Translations under genes and position numbers: made by a program | The notes under the pieces: model-generated | The model's input: only the letters and a program-made list of their open reading frames with translations | Told to the model about the DNA's origin: nothing | The model's database searches: none | Source: an uncultured virus (IMG/VR IMGVR_UViG_3300037461_001375) | Taxonomy: Duplodnaviria; Heunggongvirae; Uroviricota; Caudoviricetes | DNA: 64,000 bases | Direction: 5' to 3' (one strand) | IMG/VR virus record: IMGVR_UViG_3300037461_001375 | Part shown: positions 1 to 8,677 of the stretch, piece after piece | Position numbering within the stretch: position 1 is the stretch's first letter | How the letters are laid out: every line of letters begins with the position of its first letter

Positions 1-210
1 GATTCAGGCCTTGACTCACGGTAAGGCTTCGCGCTAGTCGCGTTTGGGAGCCTACTCAGAAGCTTTTGTTTTATCCTGCTCTAATTTCCATAAACGTTGA
101 GCTTCCTTGAAAGTATACCCGTAACCACAAAAGCGATTCGGAGGCCACCACCAACCATCGTGATCGACAGTCCAGCCCGCTTCCAGCAACTGACGGTGAT
201 TGTTTGTCAT
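1..210 (-). CDS. hypothetical protein, partial (runs off the left edge)
   Basis: ATG at 210 overlaps the stop of the upstream ORF (ATGA); frame MTNNHRQLLEAGWTVDHDGWWWPP... is open to the window edge; read manually. Confidence 0.55.
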
Positions 211-416
211 TTACAAATCTTTACACTGCTAATTTCTGAAGCGTAATGTTCATAGCCACACATGAAAGCGAAAGCTTCGTCCACCGTATTGAATCTACCT
301 AGGGACAAACCGTTGGCCGTAAAAAATAGTATATCTTCCCTCAACTGCCATGTGACATTACAAAGTTTTGCCAATTCTTTGGTTCGTTCCCACTTTTGCA
401 ACTCATACCCGGTCAT
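207..416 (-). CDS. hypothetical protein (69 aa)
   Basis: 4-nt overlaps with both neighbours; GGAGG RBS upstream. Confidence 0.6.
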   Translation of the reverse strand: MTGYELQKWERTKELAKLCNVTWQLREDILFFTANGLSLGRFNTVDEAFAFMCGYEHYASEISSVKICK

Positions 417-826
417 TCTTTGCCTCCAAGTGTCCAGATAGACTTGATGATGTCACCACGAATTGGTGTACGAGCAAATGCAACAAGTCCATAGACTCTG
501 TGCGTACAAAAACATTCGCTAGTCTCGGCTTTCGGACTCAGCATGACCTTCCAAATCGAACGGCCCGTTGTGTATACATCGTCGACAACAAGGACAGTAT
601 CAGCGTCTGGCGTCACGTATGGTCGCAGTGCATTGGCAAATGGCAGCCCGCCACGAGGTACTCCAATCACAGAAGCGAACGGCCGAACTAGATTCCGCTC
701 GATTGCGATGTGCGCGAGACAATCCCAGTCTGCTGCCGTAAGCGAATCGCACTCGATTTTCCAACTAGCTTGTCGTCCGGAAGAAAGTTGCACGGTGCCA
801 AGACGAAACAAACTGGATTGGCTCAT
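413..826 (-). CDS. type I phosphoribosyltransferase (orotate PRT-like, short)
   Basis: PRPP-binding motif VLVVDDVYTTGRS, GVPRGG loop, N-terminal LSSG motif as in OPRTases. Confidence 0.8.
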   Translation of the reverse strand: MSQSSLFRLGTVQLSSGRQASWKIECDSLTAADWDCLAHIAIERNLVRPFASVIGVPRGGLPFANALRPYVTPDADTVLVVDDVYTTGRSIWKVMLSPKAETSECFCTHRVYGLVAFARTPIRGDIIKSIWTLGGKE

Positions 827-1083
827 ACTTCATCCAGTTTTCCGGCCCGCCAAGCACGCTGGCATTCGTCAAACTCCTCAGCTTTTGCCATGGCCGCAGT
901 AGCAGATCCAAAAGGCCCCAAGGGATTACTGCCGTCCTTAGGCCACCAGTACCAACCACAAAGTATCCGCCCTTGGGGCAAAGGCATTGGTCTAGCTTCT
1001 TCCCAACACACGCCCCCAAGCTGGGGATGAGTGTACCAACCAGCGTCTTCATGAGTCCAATTTTTATTAGTCTTTGTTCTCAT
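823..1083 (-). CDS. hypothetical Trp-rich protein
   Basis: fits the overlapping gene chain. Confidence 0.55.
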   Translation of the reverse strand: MRTKTNKNWTHEDAGWYTHPQLGGVCWEEARPMPLPQGRILCGWYWWPKDGSNPLGPFGSATAAMAKAEEFDECQRAWRAGKLDEV

Positions 1084-1579
1084 TTTTTTGTTGCTCCTGA
1101 ATCCAGCTCCCGGTTACATCCCCCAAAACCCGCACCGTCGTGTCAACTCGCACATCATCCCCGGGACAAAGAGTTATTGGAACCGGAGGGGCCAACCATT
1201 TTCCTGTAGAATAGGAATTTGGCTTTCCAACTTGGAATGCCAAAATTGCTGCTGCGTCGCTGGCCGAACAAGTTCCGTCGCCAGTTACATCGCAAGCTTT
1301 CAAGTCGACATCTCTGGATCCGACCACGGAATCCAGAATCCACGCCGCATCCAAGCTGCTGATCGAAGCGTTGACATTTGTTTCGGGGCACTCGAAAGAC
1401 AACACGCCTTCTACGCAATCATTTTCGGGAAGAGGAACAACCAAGTGATACCGCCCATGCTCATCCGTAACAGCAACCAATTGTGCAGGTTCCGGCTCCA
1501 AAAGAAGTTTTGTAACAAAAACTGCTGTTCCAATTCCCAGAGCTACAGCACCACCTGCAACTAATTTTTTCCGGTCCAT
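1067..1579 (-). CDS. membrane-anchored protein with dockerin-like Ca-binding repeat
   Basis: N-terminal hydrophobic helix; CDVTGDGTCSASDAAAIL resembles the dockerin repeat GDVNGDGxVxxxDA. Confidence 0.6.
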   Translation of the reverse strand: MDRKKLVAGGAVALGIGTAVFVTKLLLEPEPAQLVAVTDEHGRYHLVVPLPENDCVEGVLSFECPETNVNASISSLDAAWILDSVVGSRDVDLKACDVTGDGTCSASDAAAILAFQVGKPNSYSTGKWLAPPVPITLCPGDDVRVDTTVRVLGDVTGSWIQEQQKNENKD

Positions 1580-1582
1580 GAG

Positions 1583-1975
1583 CTATTCCCCTTTCCCATT
1601 TTCACGCTCATACTTTTCCGTCAGTACTCGAAACAAGCGAGAAGATCTATCAACTGCGATAAACATTGGACCACTTCTGACGACTCCTTTCTGAGGATCT
1701 TTTTCTACCTCGTAGGATGCTCTAGCCAGAGATCCAGCCAGTGGTGGGTTGCTGGCCCGATATTCCAAAAATTCTTGTGGAGTCAATCCAAGACGCTTGG
1801 CGATTACTTGGCTCTGCCATAGCGCTCGAAGTCCTCGAATCTGGCGAATTCGAATAGCTTCACGAGTAACATTTAGTTCGTCCGCCAATTCTTGGAGTGT
1901 GGTCAAACCAGAAAAATATATTGATCTCAGATATTCTCGGTTGTCTACCTTAGAAGTTCGAAATGATCTGCCCAT
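1583..1975 (-). CDS. HTH DNA-binding protein (sigma70 region 4-like)
   Basis: TLQELADELNVTREAIRIRQIRGLRAL resembles sigma region 4 (TLEEIG...VTRERIRQIE..AL). Confidence 0.65.
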   Translation of the reverse strand: MGRSFRTSKVDNREYLRSIYFSGLTTLQELADELNVTREAIRIRQIRGLRALWQSQVIAKRLGLTPQEFLEYRASNPPLAGSLARASYEVEKDPQKGVVRSGPMFIAVDRSSRLFRVLTEKYERENGKGE

Positions 1976-2298
1976 CCGTACAACACCTCCACCTCACCCA
2001 CACGCCTAAAACAAAAGACAGTCTTGTAATCGTCAGAACAGGAAAGCTTGAAAACTTCTTGGCCCTTTTTGATGCTGACACAGGAAACCATCGCAAACTT
2101 TGCAGCCGCGTCAATGTCCTTCTGCAAGTGGCCCAAGAAGATGAGGCCCATAAAGCTTTCAGCAGAATCGCAAGCCACTGTATCGGAGGAGGCTACGTGT
2201 CTCTGATTGAAAGTTTGAGGATGTACCGGACGAAAAGCAAGAAACAGAGAGAAAAGAAGTGGGATCCAAAACATTATGACAGCTCTTTCTGATAACAT
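1945..2298 (-). CDS. secreted or membrane hypothetical protein
   Basis: GGAGG RBS, hydrophobic N-terminus, several Cys. Confidence 0.55.
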   Translation of the reverse strand: MLSERAVIMFWIPLLFSLFLAFRPVHPQTFNQRHVASSDTVACDSAESFMGLIFLGHLQKDIDAAAKFAMVSCVSIKKGQEVFKLSCSDDYKTVFCFRRVGEVEVLYGWADHFELLR

Positions 2299-2363
2299 GG
2301 CACCTCCAAAAAAGAAGCCTGCACAAAAAAAATGCAGGCTTCAAACATGGTAAACAAGTTAGG

Positions 2364-2561
2364 TTACTTCGTTGCTTCTTCGAGAATTTTAAGCTCCAGC
2401 GTCTCCGGCTCAAACAAAGCGTCGACGATCGGGTTATCCGCGTCTCGGATGTCCCCGTACACCAGAAAGCAGCAGTTCTTTCTCTTCAATTCTCTAACCG
2501 GAGTGTCTGCCCAAAAAGTGAGCAGAAGCTGCACTTTCCTTCGAGTTCTCGGGCGCCCCAT
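2364..2561 (-). CDS. hypothetical protein (65 aa)
   Basis: ORF with G-rich RBS, co-oriented with neighbours. Confidence 0.4.
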   Translation of the reverse strand: MGRPRTRRKVQLLLTFWADTPVRELKRKNCCFLVYGDIRDADNPIVDALFEPETLELKILEEATK

Positions 2562-2674
2562 CTTCCCCCCACAGCATCTGAAAACCCCCAGCTTAGGGGG
2601 GAGGTACGTATACCCCCCAAAAACCCTAGGCTGAGGCGTACGTAAATTCTAGCAGGCTCTTTTCTAGCCCCCCA

Positions 2675-3139
2675 TCACCGGAATCGGCTTAGGATTTCCG
2701 TAATTCGGGGAGGGGAATGGCCCTTAGGCTTTAGAAGCTTCCCGTTTGTGTCATAATTTCGACACGGATGTTCAACTTTGTCCATATTGTTTCGGTCTAC
2801 TTCAATCAGGAAAGGCATGTCTGGAACGCCACAGGCGGAAAGGGTCCCGGTAGTAACGACCTGAACGTCACAGCATCCATCAATGATCTTCTCCAGAGAG
2901 AAAGAGCTGTTGTACGGAACAGGCGTCAGAGCTGGGGAGCCATCCTTGAGTACAATTCGATAACCGAGAGCCTCGATTGTTTCCAAGCATTCTTCCAGAA
3001 TCAAAGCTGCCCGAAGTTTTCGTGTGCCTTCAGTTGGCATTTGTGGAAAAGAGGGGACCGCTTGGCCCGATCCCCTCATGAAAGCTTCCACCCGCCGCTG
3101 ATGTGAAGACTTGTACCAAGAGCGAGGAAAAAGAGGCAT
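2675..3139 (-). CDS. MazG-like / PRA-PH nucleotide pyrophosphohydrolase
   Basis: LRAALILEECLE, IIDGCCD, EVDRNNMDK, GKLLKPKG motifs; start reassigned to ATG 3139 (TAATG overlap with upstream stop). Confidence 0.8.
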   Translation of the reverse strand: MPLFPRSWYKSSHQRRVEAFMRGSGQAVPSFPQMPTEGTRKLRAALILEECLETIEALGYRIVLKDGSPALTPVPYNSSFSLEKIIDGCCDVQVVTTGTLSACGVPDMPFLIEVDRNNMDKVEHPCRNYDTNGKLLKPKGHSPPRITEILSRFR

Positions 3140-3894
3140 TACGCAGTTCTCCAAATTCGAATGCCTTCGTCCGTGATTGTTCGGTAGCAAAATTCGATAC
3201 CCTCGTTATCCGGGTCTCGCTTAAAGAGACTGATCTGAAGCGCTACCGTTGAAGCTGTCAACTCCTCATCATCAAGCAGGAAACTCTGTCCAACCTTTTT
3301 CAGAAGTTCAAGAGGGATGCGCTTGAAAGCCCGGCGCTTTTGCTTGGGGGGAATTTCAATGTTTGCTTCAACCTCAACTTCGTAGGCCTCGTGCCTCGGA
3401 GTTCCGCCTCTTCGAGATTCCTTGGTCTCAGCCTTCTTTTCTCGGAGCTTTGCAACTTTCCCGGAAACTTCGGAAAGTGCCTGTTGGGCTCTGAGCTTCC
3501 GGACCTTCTTGGGCTTCAGGTCTTCAGAAGGGATCTCAACCTTGCGTCGAGTAGTCGTTGCAGCGCGAACAACTTTCTCGGCAACTGCGCGCCGCTTCTT
3601 CTTGGGAGGGGCCTCCTCCTCTTCTTCCTCTTCCTCTTCCTCGTCTTCCTCTTCGTCCTCTTCCTGAGCTTCCTCTACGACAACCCGGCGCTTCTTTTTC
3701 GGAGAGGGTTGATCAGCAACTGCCCGCCGCTTCTTCTTGGGAGGGGCCTCCTCCTCCTCTTCTTCTTCCTCTTCCTCGTCTTCCTCAGGCTCAACAACCT
3801 TCACCTTGGAAAGCTTTTTACGCCGGGGCTTGGTTTCTTCGTCATCACTGAAAAATTCATCCAATACTGCTTGAGCTTCAGACTTCTTTGCCAT
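3139..3894 (-). CDS. protein with acidic/basic low-complexity N-terminus and small C-terminal putative DNA-binding domain
   Basis: poly-E tracts, repeated PKKKRR; C-terminal IEIPP...VGQSF...GIRIWR pattern of small phage proteins; GAGGAG RBS. Confidence 0.7.
   Translation of the reverse strand: MAKKSEAQAVLDEFFSDDEETKPRRKKLSKVKVVEPEEDEEEEEEEEEEAPPKKKRRAVADQPSPKKKRRVVVEEAQEEDEEEDEEEEEEEEEEAPPKKKRRAVAEKVVRAATTTRRKVEIPSEDLKPKKVRKLRAQQALSEVSGKVAKLREKKAETKESRRGGTPRHEAYEVEVEANIEIPPKQKRRAFKRIPLELLKKVGQSFLLDDEELTASTVALQISLFKRDPDNEGIEFCYRTITDEGIRIWRTA
3581..3786. repeat. ~70-bp intragenic direct repeat (3581-3651 and 3716-3786)
   Basis: gcaactgc(g/c)cgccgcttcttcttgggaggggcctcctcctc... occurs twice, 135 bp apart. 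Confidence 0.85.
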
Positions 3895-4420
3895 TTGGAA
3901 CTCCTCTCCACGTTTTACCGTTTAAGATGTCTCTGACAGTTGAAGGGCTAATGTCGAAAAATTTGGCGAGCCTACGAATTGTCCAGCCTTTTGATGTTCG
4001 AATCTCTCGGATTTCGGAAGCCTCCTTCTGGGTTATTTTTGATTGGCCGTGCTTTTCACCTCTCGGAACTCGATCGGGATGTTTACGCATCCCGTTGATA
4101 TTGCCAAAAGGGCGAAAGTTTCTTTTCTTTGTAACCATATCCCGAATGTTTTCAACTTGAGTATCCAAGTATAAATGTTCGGGATTTACGCAAAGCTGAT
4201 TATCGCACTTATGGCAAACAACCATCCCGGGAGGGATTGGGCCGTTTTCAAGTTGGTACGCTACACGATGAGAAGCGAGCACTTTGTTTCCAACACCAAT
4301 CTGACCGTATCCGTCAGTCCGCACAGATGCTGTCCAAATCCAACAACCGTCGGCACTCTTGTAAACCTTAGACCAGAATCGTGATCTTAGGTTACGAGAT
4401 TTTTTGTTGAATACACCCAC
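3878..4420 (-). CDS. HNH homing endonuclease with C-terminal HTH
   Basis: CWIWT...GYG...SHRVAY...VCHKCDNQLCVNPEHL (HNH_3 pattern) followed by an HTH. Confidence 0.9.
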   Translation of the reverse strand: MGVFNKKSRNLRSRFWSKVYKSADGCWIWTASVRTDGYGQIGVGNKVLASHRVAYQLENGPIPPGMVVCHKCDNQLCVNPEHLYLDTQVENIRDMVTKKRNFRPFGNINGMRKHPDRVPRGEKHGQSKITQKEASEIREIRTSKGWTIRRLAKFFDISPSTVRDILNGKTWRGVPNGKEV

Positions 4421-4588
4421 TTACTTCTCGATAACGTTTGCGTGTAGTTGCTTGGGTTCTAGTTGGTACTCCTTGTCCTCAGCCTTCGGGCCCATAACCA
4501 TAATTTCGTAGTTCGACTTGGCTCGCAAAATGCTGAGGGGAGCATCCGTTTCACACTCAAAGGTGATTACAACAGTTCTAGGTTTCAT
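4421..4588 (-). CDS. hypothetical protein
   Basis: likely start ATG 4588 (ATGA overlap), MKPRTVVITFE. Confidence 0.5.
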   Translation of the reverse strand: MKPRTVVITFECETDAPLSILRAKSNYEIMVMGPKAEDKEYQLEPKQLHANVIEK

Positions 4589-4881
4589 TTCGAAAAACCT
4601 TTCATCCCCGCTTCCAACATCCTGTTCAGACTTGCTCGAAAATGTTTCTTGTCTTTTTGCTTGTAAGCCAAAACCATCTGCCAAGCTTCCATCCAAACAG
4701 TTCGATCAAAGCTAGTTCTAAACACAGCAGATCGCCCATCTACTTTGGCAGGAAATGTTGGGGGAGGATCGGGCTTACGAGCTTCGCGTTCCAATTCCTC
4801 TACCACTTGTGCATCCAGAATACCCCCTTTTACTTTTTTCTTGGGCTTCACTTGAGCCTCCTTTCTGCCCCATGGAAACAA
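4585..4881 (-). CDS. hypothetical protein
   Basis: ORF track; overlaps the 3' end of the resolvase gene, start uncertain. Confidence 0.45.
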   Translation of the reverse strand: MFPWGRKEAQVKPKKKVKGGILDAQVVEELEREARKPDPPPTFPAKVDGRSAVFRTSFDRTVWMEAWQMVLAYKQKDKKHFRASLNRMLEAGMKGFSK

Positions 4882-5395
4882 GGCTGGGAAGTTCTGATAT
4901 TGGAAACAAGATCAATCCAGCACTGAGGACCACGGGGCGCTTCGACTTACGGAGAAACGTTAGCATACCCGGAAAAGGTTTGCAAGCCACGATGATCGGC
5001 CAGTGATTCTTTGAGAGGAAAAGGATCGGGAACCCGGGATGCTGGGAAGCTTGACGCATCGCAGAGAGAAACAAGGCTGGCAATTTTCCAACCCAGAAGT
5101 CTCGACCCAAAGACCACGCTTCAACATTTTTGCATTCTATGCTGAACGATTGGCAAGAAGGAAAGCGCAGCAATTTATGGGCTTTGTCAGAAACCAGAAT
5201 CACATCAGTTCCAGCATGACCTGAGGGTCGAATTCGTAAATCGGGAAGTTCATTTTCGCTCACGTAGAGAGCATGGGTGTTTGGTTTCGCTTTGCATGAT
5301 CGAGCTTCGATTTTCAAATTGAAATTTACAGCAAGAAATTCGGCGACTTTCTGCTGCAATCGCATACCTTTGTTTTTCGCTGACGAAGCTCGCAT
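4775..5395 (-). CDS. Holliday junction resolvase (PD-(D/E)xK)
   Basis: SAKNKGMRLQQKV N-terminus, GTDV and SIECKNVE motifs. Confidence 0.75.
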   Translation of the reverse strand: MRASSAKNKGMRLQQKVAEFLAVNFNLKIEARSCKAKPNTHALYVSENELPDLRIRPSGHAGTDVILVSDKAHKLLRFPSCQSFSIECKNVEAWSLGRDFWVGKLPALFLSAMRQASQHPGFPILFLSKNHWPIIVACKPFPGMLTFLRKSKRPVVLSAGLILFPISELPSLVSMGQKGGSSEAQEKSKRGYSGCTSGRGIGTRSS

Positions 5396-5415
5396 TGCAA
5401 CCTCTACGTAAAAAT

Positions 5416-5643
5416 TTATTTTGTTCTGGTCTCCAGCAATTCGATCTTTCTTTGCAGATACCAGATGGCCTTTCGGTAGTCTTCGATCTCCGCGTTTTTG
5501 TGCTTAGCTCTGGCAATGTATTTAACAGCATTCCCGGTGTGAAAATCAAGATCCCAATCTTCGATGGCGCAGATTACTTCGATTGAGCCAAACGTGTAAT
5601 GGGGTGGATGGGCTACCAAGTCAGTTTGTTGAGATTTCGACAT
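5416..5643 (-). CDS. DUF3310 / T7 gp1.7-like protein (putative nucleotide kinase)
   Basis: VAHPPHY...IEVI...GNAVKYIARAKHK...EDYRKAIWYL signature. Confidence 0.85.
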   Translation of the reverse strand: MSKSQQTDLVAHPPHYTFGSIEVICAIEDWDLDFHTGNAVKYIARAKHKNAEIEDYRKAIWYLQRKIELLETRTK

Positions 5644-7516
5644 CGCTCCCTTCCTCTGTCAAGCGAATAGTCCAAATTTCATCTGGAAGCACAGAGTCCG
5701 CAAGAATTGGATTGTGTGTTATCAAGATCGCCGTTCCCCGCTTCTTGGCTTCGGACTTCATCCACTCACCAAACAGTTCTAGTCCACGAGCATCCAAACC
5801 TTCCTCGGGCTGATCGAAAATTCTGATCGGGAAGAACAAGCCAGAAGACTTTTCAGCCAGATCCTGAAGTGCGAGGAATATGGCGAGATCTACTCGGCGC
5901 TCTTGTCCCCCGCTGCCCTCGTAGTATTCTTCGGCGCCCCAATCCCATTGAGCATCTACAGTAAACTTTTCTTTCTTGTCGCCCTTAGCATTTTCGCTTT
6001 GGGGAGAAACGACAACATGAGCTTCGCCACAAGCCAAATGTTGCAAGTGATAGGCCAACCGAGAATTCAATACCTCGGAAACTCCGTCTAGGAACATCGA
6101 CCGAATTCCACGATCGCCGAAAGCCGTAACCCAGTAATCTGCTATCGCAACATCCTTCGAAGCTTTTACAACTTCTAGTTTATGAGATTTGAGTTCTTCG
6201 GTAAGTTTTGAAACCTTTGAAGTCAACTTGCGCAGAGTTTCGGCGCCATCCCATTCTTTGGAAGCGACGGAAGTTTCCAGATTGGAAAGATCTTCCACAT
6301 GCTTTCTTGCTGAGGTTACGATTGAATCTAAGAAGCGCTTCGCGTCAGGCCCGTACTTCATGCGAAGTTTCTGAACATCCTTTTCCGTAAATTCAAGCCC
6401 ATCATTTTTGATGATGTCTGAAAGTTCTGATTGGCATTTCTTTAGTTTAGCAGTTAGCAGATTCAGATTTGTTTGTATTGTTTCAAGGGGTAAGGCAATC
6501 TCGTTGAGGTGAGGTTCGAAAGCCGCCTGCACGTCTGCTTTCTGCGCCCGAGTAACAGCCGGTCGAAAGCAACTAGGGCACAAACCCTGCTGCAAAACAT
6601 TGGCTACTGAACTTTCTAGGAAATCTTTTTTAGACTTCAACTTCTCTGCATGGCGAATGAGAGTGTCAATCTGGGAAGACAGGGATTCAATCTCTGCACG
6701 CTTTGTGTCTTGAACTGAAAGCTTTCTCTTGGCAGACAAAAGTTTTTGTTCACCTTTTTCAAACTGGGCCTCTCTGCTCAAGGCCTCAGAAACTTTCTGC
6801 TTTGCCTGAGCAATCTTCGCTCGAATGTCGGAAAGTTCTTTTTCTCTGGAGTCTAGGAAAGAAGCCCTCGCTTGTTGGAGTTCGTTTATCGTTTCGGTGA
6901 TTTCTGCAATAGAGCGCTCAGTGGATTGAGACAAACCACGAATCGCTTCCAGTCCACTTTCAGCTAGCTGCCTCTTGGACTTGGCAAAATCTTGCAAGCG
7001 TTTGAAATCTACTCCAAGAATTTCATCGAAAATTTTTAGCTTTTCCGCTTGGTTAGCATCTGCAAATCTGGAGAAAGCACCTTGGCCGAAAATCATTGCG
7101 TTTGAAAAAGTTCGGAAACCAAAGCCGAGCAAGCCAGACAAAACTTGCTCGGCTTCTTGACCTGAGAATTTTACAGAGTTCCCGATCAAGGCTATCCGGT
7201 GAGGGCGTTCTCGAATAACGGTCCAGTCCCGGTCTTCCGAATCACGAAAACCAACAGACACGTAGCATTTCTTTTCTGTCGAAAAACGATTGATAACAGA
7301 GTCAGCTCTTGAGCCCTTAAACGTTTGTCCAAAAAAGCACCAGCTAAGAGCATCAACGACAAGCGTTGTTTTTCCGACGCCGTTCGAATCGGAGGAATTG
7401 CTTACTTGGTTATCCCCTCGAATGTAAACCAAACCTCGATTGGACAGTGGAACACGAACGTGTTTGCGAAATGAAATAAAGTTTTCTACTTCCAAAAAAT
7501 TTAGTTGTTTGAGCAT
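5621..7516 (-). CDS. SbcC/Rad50-like recombination ATPase (T4 gp46-like)
   Basis: Walker A NGVGKTT, Q-loop FGQG, coiled coil with CPSC zinc hook, signature SGGQ, Walker B FDQP, H-loop ITH. Confidence 0.92.
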   Translation of the reverse strand: MLKQLNFLEVENFISFRKHVRVPLSNRGLVYIRGDNQVSNSSDSNGVGKTTLVVDALSWCFFGQTFKGSRADSVINRFSTEKKCYVSVGFRDSEDRDWTVIRERPHRIALIGNSVKFSGQEAEQVLSGLLGFGFRTFSNAMIFGQGAFSRFADANQAEKLKIFDEILGVDFKRLQDFAKSKRQLAESGLEAIRGLSQSTERSIAEITETINELQQARASFLDSREKELSDIRAKIAQAKQKVSEALSREAQFEKGEQKLLSAKRKLSVQDTKRAEIESLSSQIDTLIRHAEKLKSKKDFLESSVANVLQQGLCPSCFRPAVTRAQKADVQAAFEPHLNEIALPLETIQTNLNLLTAKLKKCQSELSDIIKNDGLEFTEKDVQKLRMKYGPDAKRFLDSIVTSARKHVEDLSNLETSVASKEWDGAETLRKLTSKVSKLTEELKSHKLEVVKASKDVAIADYWVTAFGDRGIRSMFLDGVSEVLNSRLAYHLQHLACGEAHVVVSPQSENAKGDKKEKFTVDAQWDWGAEEYYEGSGGQERRVDLAIFLALQDLAEKSSGLFFPIRIFDQPEEGLDARGLELFGEWMKSEAKKRGTAILITHNPILADSVLPDEIWTIRLTEEGSDVEISTN

Positions 7517-8659
7517 CTACTTCAACCTCCGAGAGGCTGTCCAAGCTTCGAGGCCAAACTTGGCAACGTCGCGTACTGGAAGATAGTCAGGAGGGGGATT
7601 TGACAAAATGTAGTTTTTCACCAAATCCCTCTCCGACATATCGGGAGTTATCGAGGCTCTGCGCTCGGATTTTGGAGTTTGGCCTTGAGATGGCAGAGCT
7701 TCGAAAACTCGGCATTTTGATCGCTCACGCAAACTTTTTAGAATGTCTGAGCTAAACAGAGGTGGACAAACAACTCTAACAAAGTCCCCCGAAAAAGATT
7801 CCCAAGCATGGTCTTCCACTTTCGAGTTTGTCAGGTCGATAACCCTGAATCTTGGGTGTGGAGTAACCACAGGTTCAATGTGCAGGTCTACTACGTAGTC
7901 GTTGAAAAAAACCATTTCCACATACAGTGCGCCTTTGTCTGTTTCAAGCTCATCCCATCTTTGGGCATAAAGGGAGCCGGGATAAACCACGACTCCCTTC
8001 TTGCTCAAAGTAGGATCACCAAGAGTTTGACGCTTGTGAATGTCCCCGAATAAAGCTACGTCGAAGACACGCTTTCTTTGTTCGGATTTCGAAAGCCCGA
8101 AAAGCTCCATGGTCAGAGGAGCATTTCTTGGAGTGTAGTCGTGACTACCTACAGACACGCCTTCGAAGAATCCGTGCCCAACAAGTACTCTCGCCCGCTT
8201 AGCTTTGGCGTGATTCAAAAATCCGGGGAGTGCATCGGTTGTTGGTTGCCAAGGCCAAATAGCCAAAGGCACGGAAAACTTAGAGCAAAAGCCGGGACGC
8301 CAATACAATTCTGCTAGGTCCTGAAAAGGGATAATCCCGGTTCGACCATCGGAATGCACAGAAGTTCCGTCGTGACCACCATTGCCTGAAAGAATGACAA
8401 TGGGAACGGCCTTAGATACTTCGCGCAGAATTTCTAGTACGCCAGCTAGAGCGTCCTGAGGCCAAACACCTTCACGTTGTTTTAGATCGCCAGCAATTAT
8501 CAGTGGGCAAGATTTTGAGATCGCAAAGTTTGAAACAAAAGCCAAAGCGACCAGACCATCTTTCAGCCGATCTTTCCCACCGTCATTGGAACAAATTCTA
8601 TGTGGATGAATGTGAATGTCTGCGCATAAAACACAACTAAATTTTTTCTCGCTTGGCAT
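7517..8659 (-). CDS. SbcD/Mre11-like nuclease (T4 gp47-like)
   Basis: ADIH, AGDL, GNxxHD, GH, GDIH, YPGS metallophosphoesterase motifs. Confidence 0.9.
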   Translation of the reverse strand: MPSEKKFSCVLCADIHIHPHRICSNDGGKDRLKDGLVALAFVSNFAISKSCPLIIAGDLKQREGVWPQDALAGVLEILREVSKAVPIVILSGNGGHDGTSVHSDGRTGIIPFQDLAELYWRPGFCSKFSVPLAIWPWQPTTDALPGFLNHAKAKRARVLVGHGFFEGVSVGSHDYTPRNAPLTMELFGLSKSEQRKRVFDVALFGDIHKRQTLGDPTLSKKGVVVYPGSLYAQRWDELETDKGALYVEMVFFNDYVVDLHIEPVVTPHPRFRVIDLTNSKVEDHAWESFSGDFVRVVCPPLFSSDILKSLRERSKCRVFEALPSQGQTPKSERRASITPDMSERDLVKNYILSNPPPDYLPVRDVAKFGLEAWTASRRLK

Positions 8660-8677
8660 GGCTGAAATAGCCTCGGC

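Noticed and set aside
3139..3894. PKKKRR motifs as evidence for a eukaryotic host
   Set aside because: Sigma70 promoters, SD sequences, GH108 endolysin and a siphovirus tail all indicate a bacterial host
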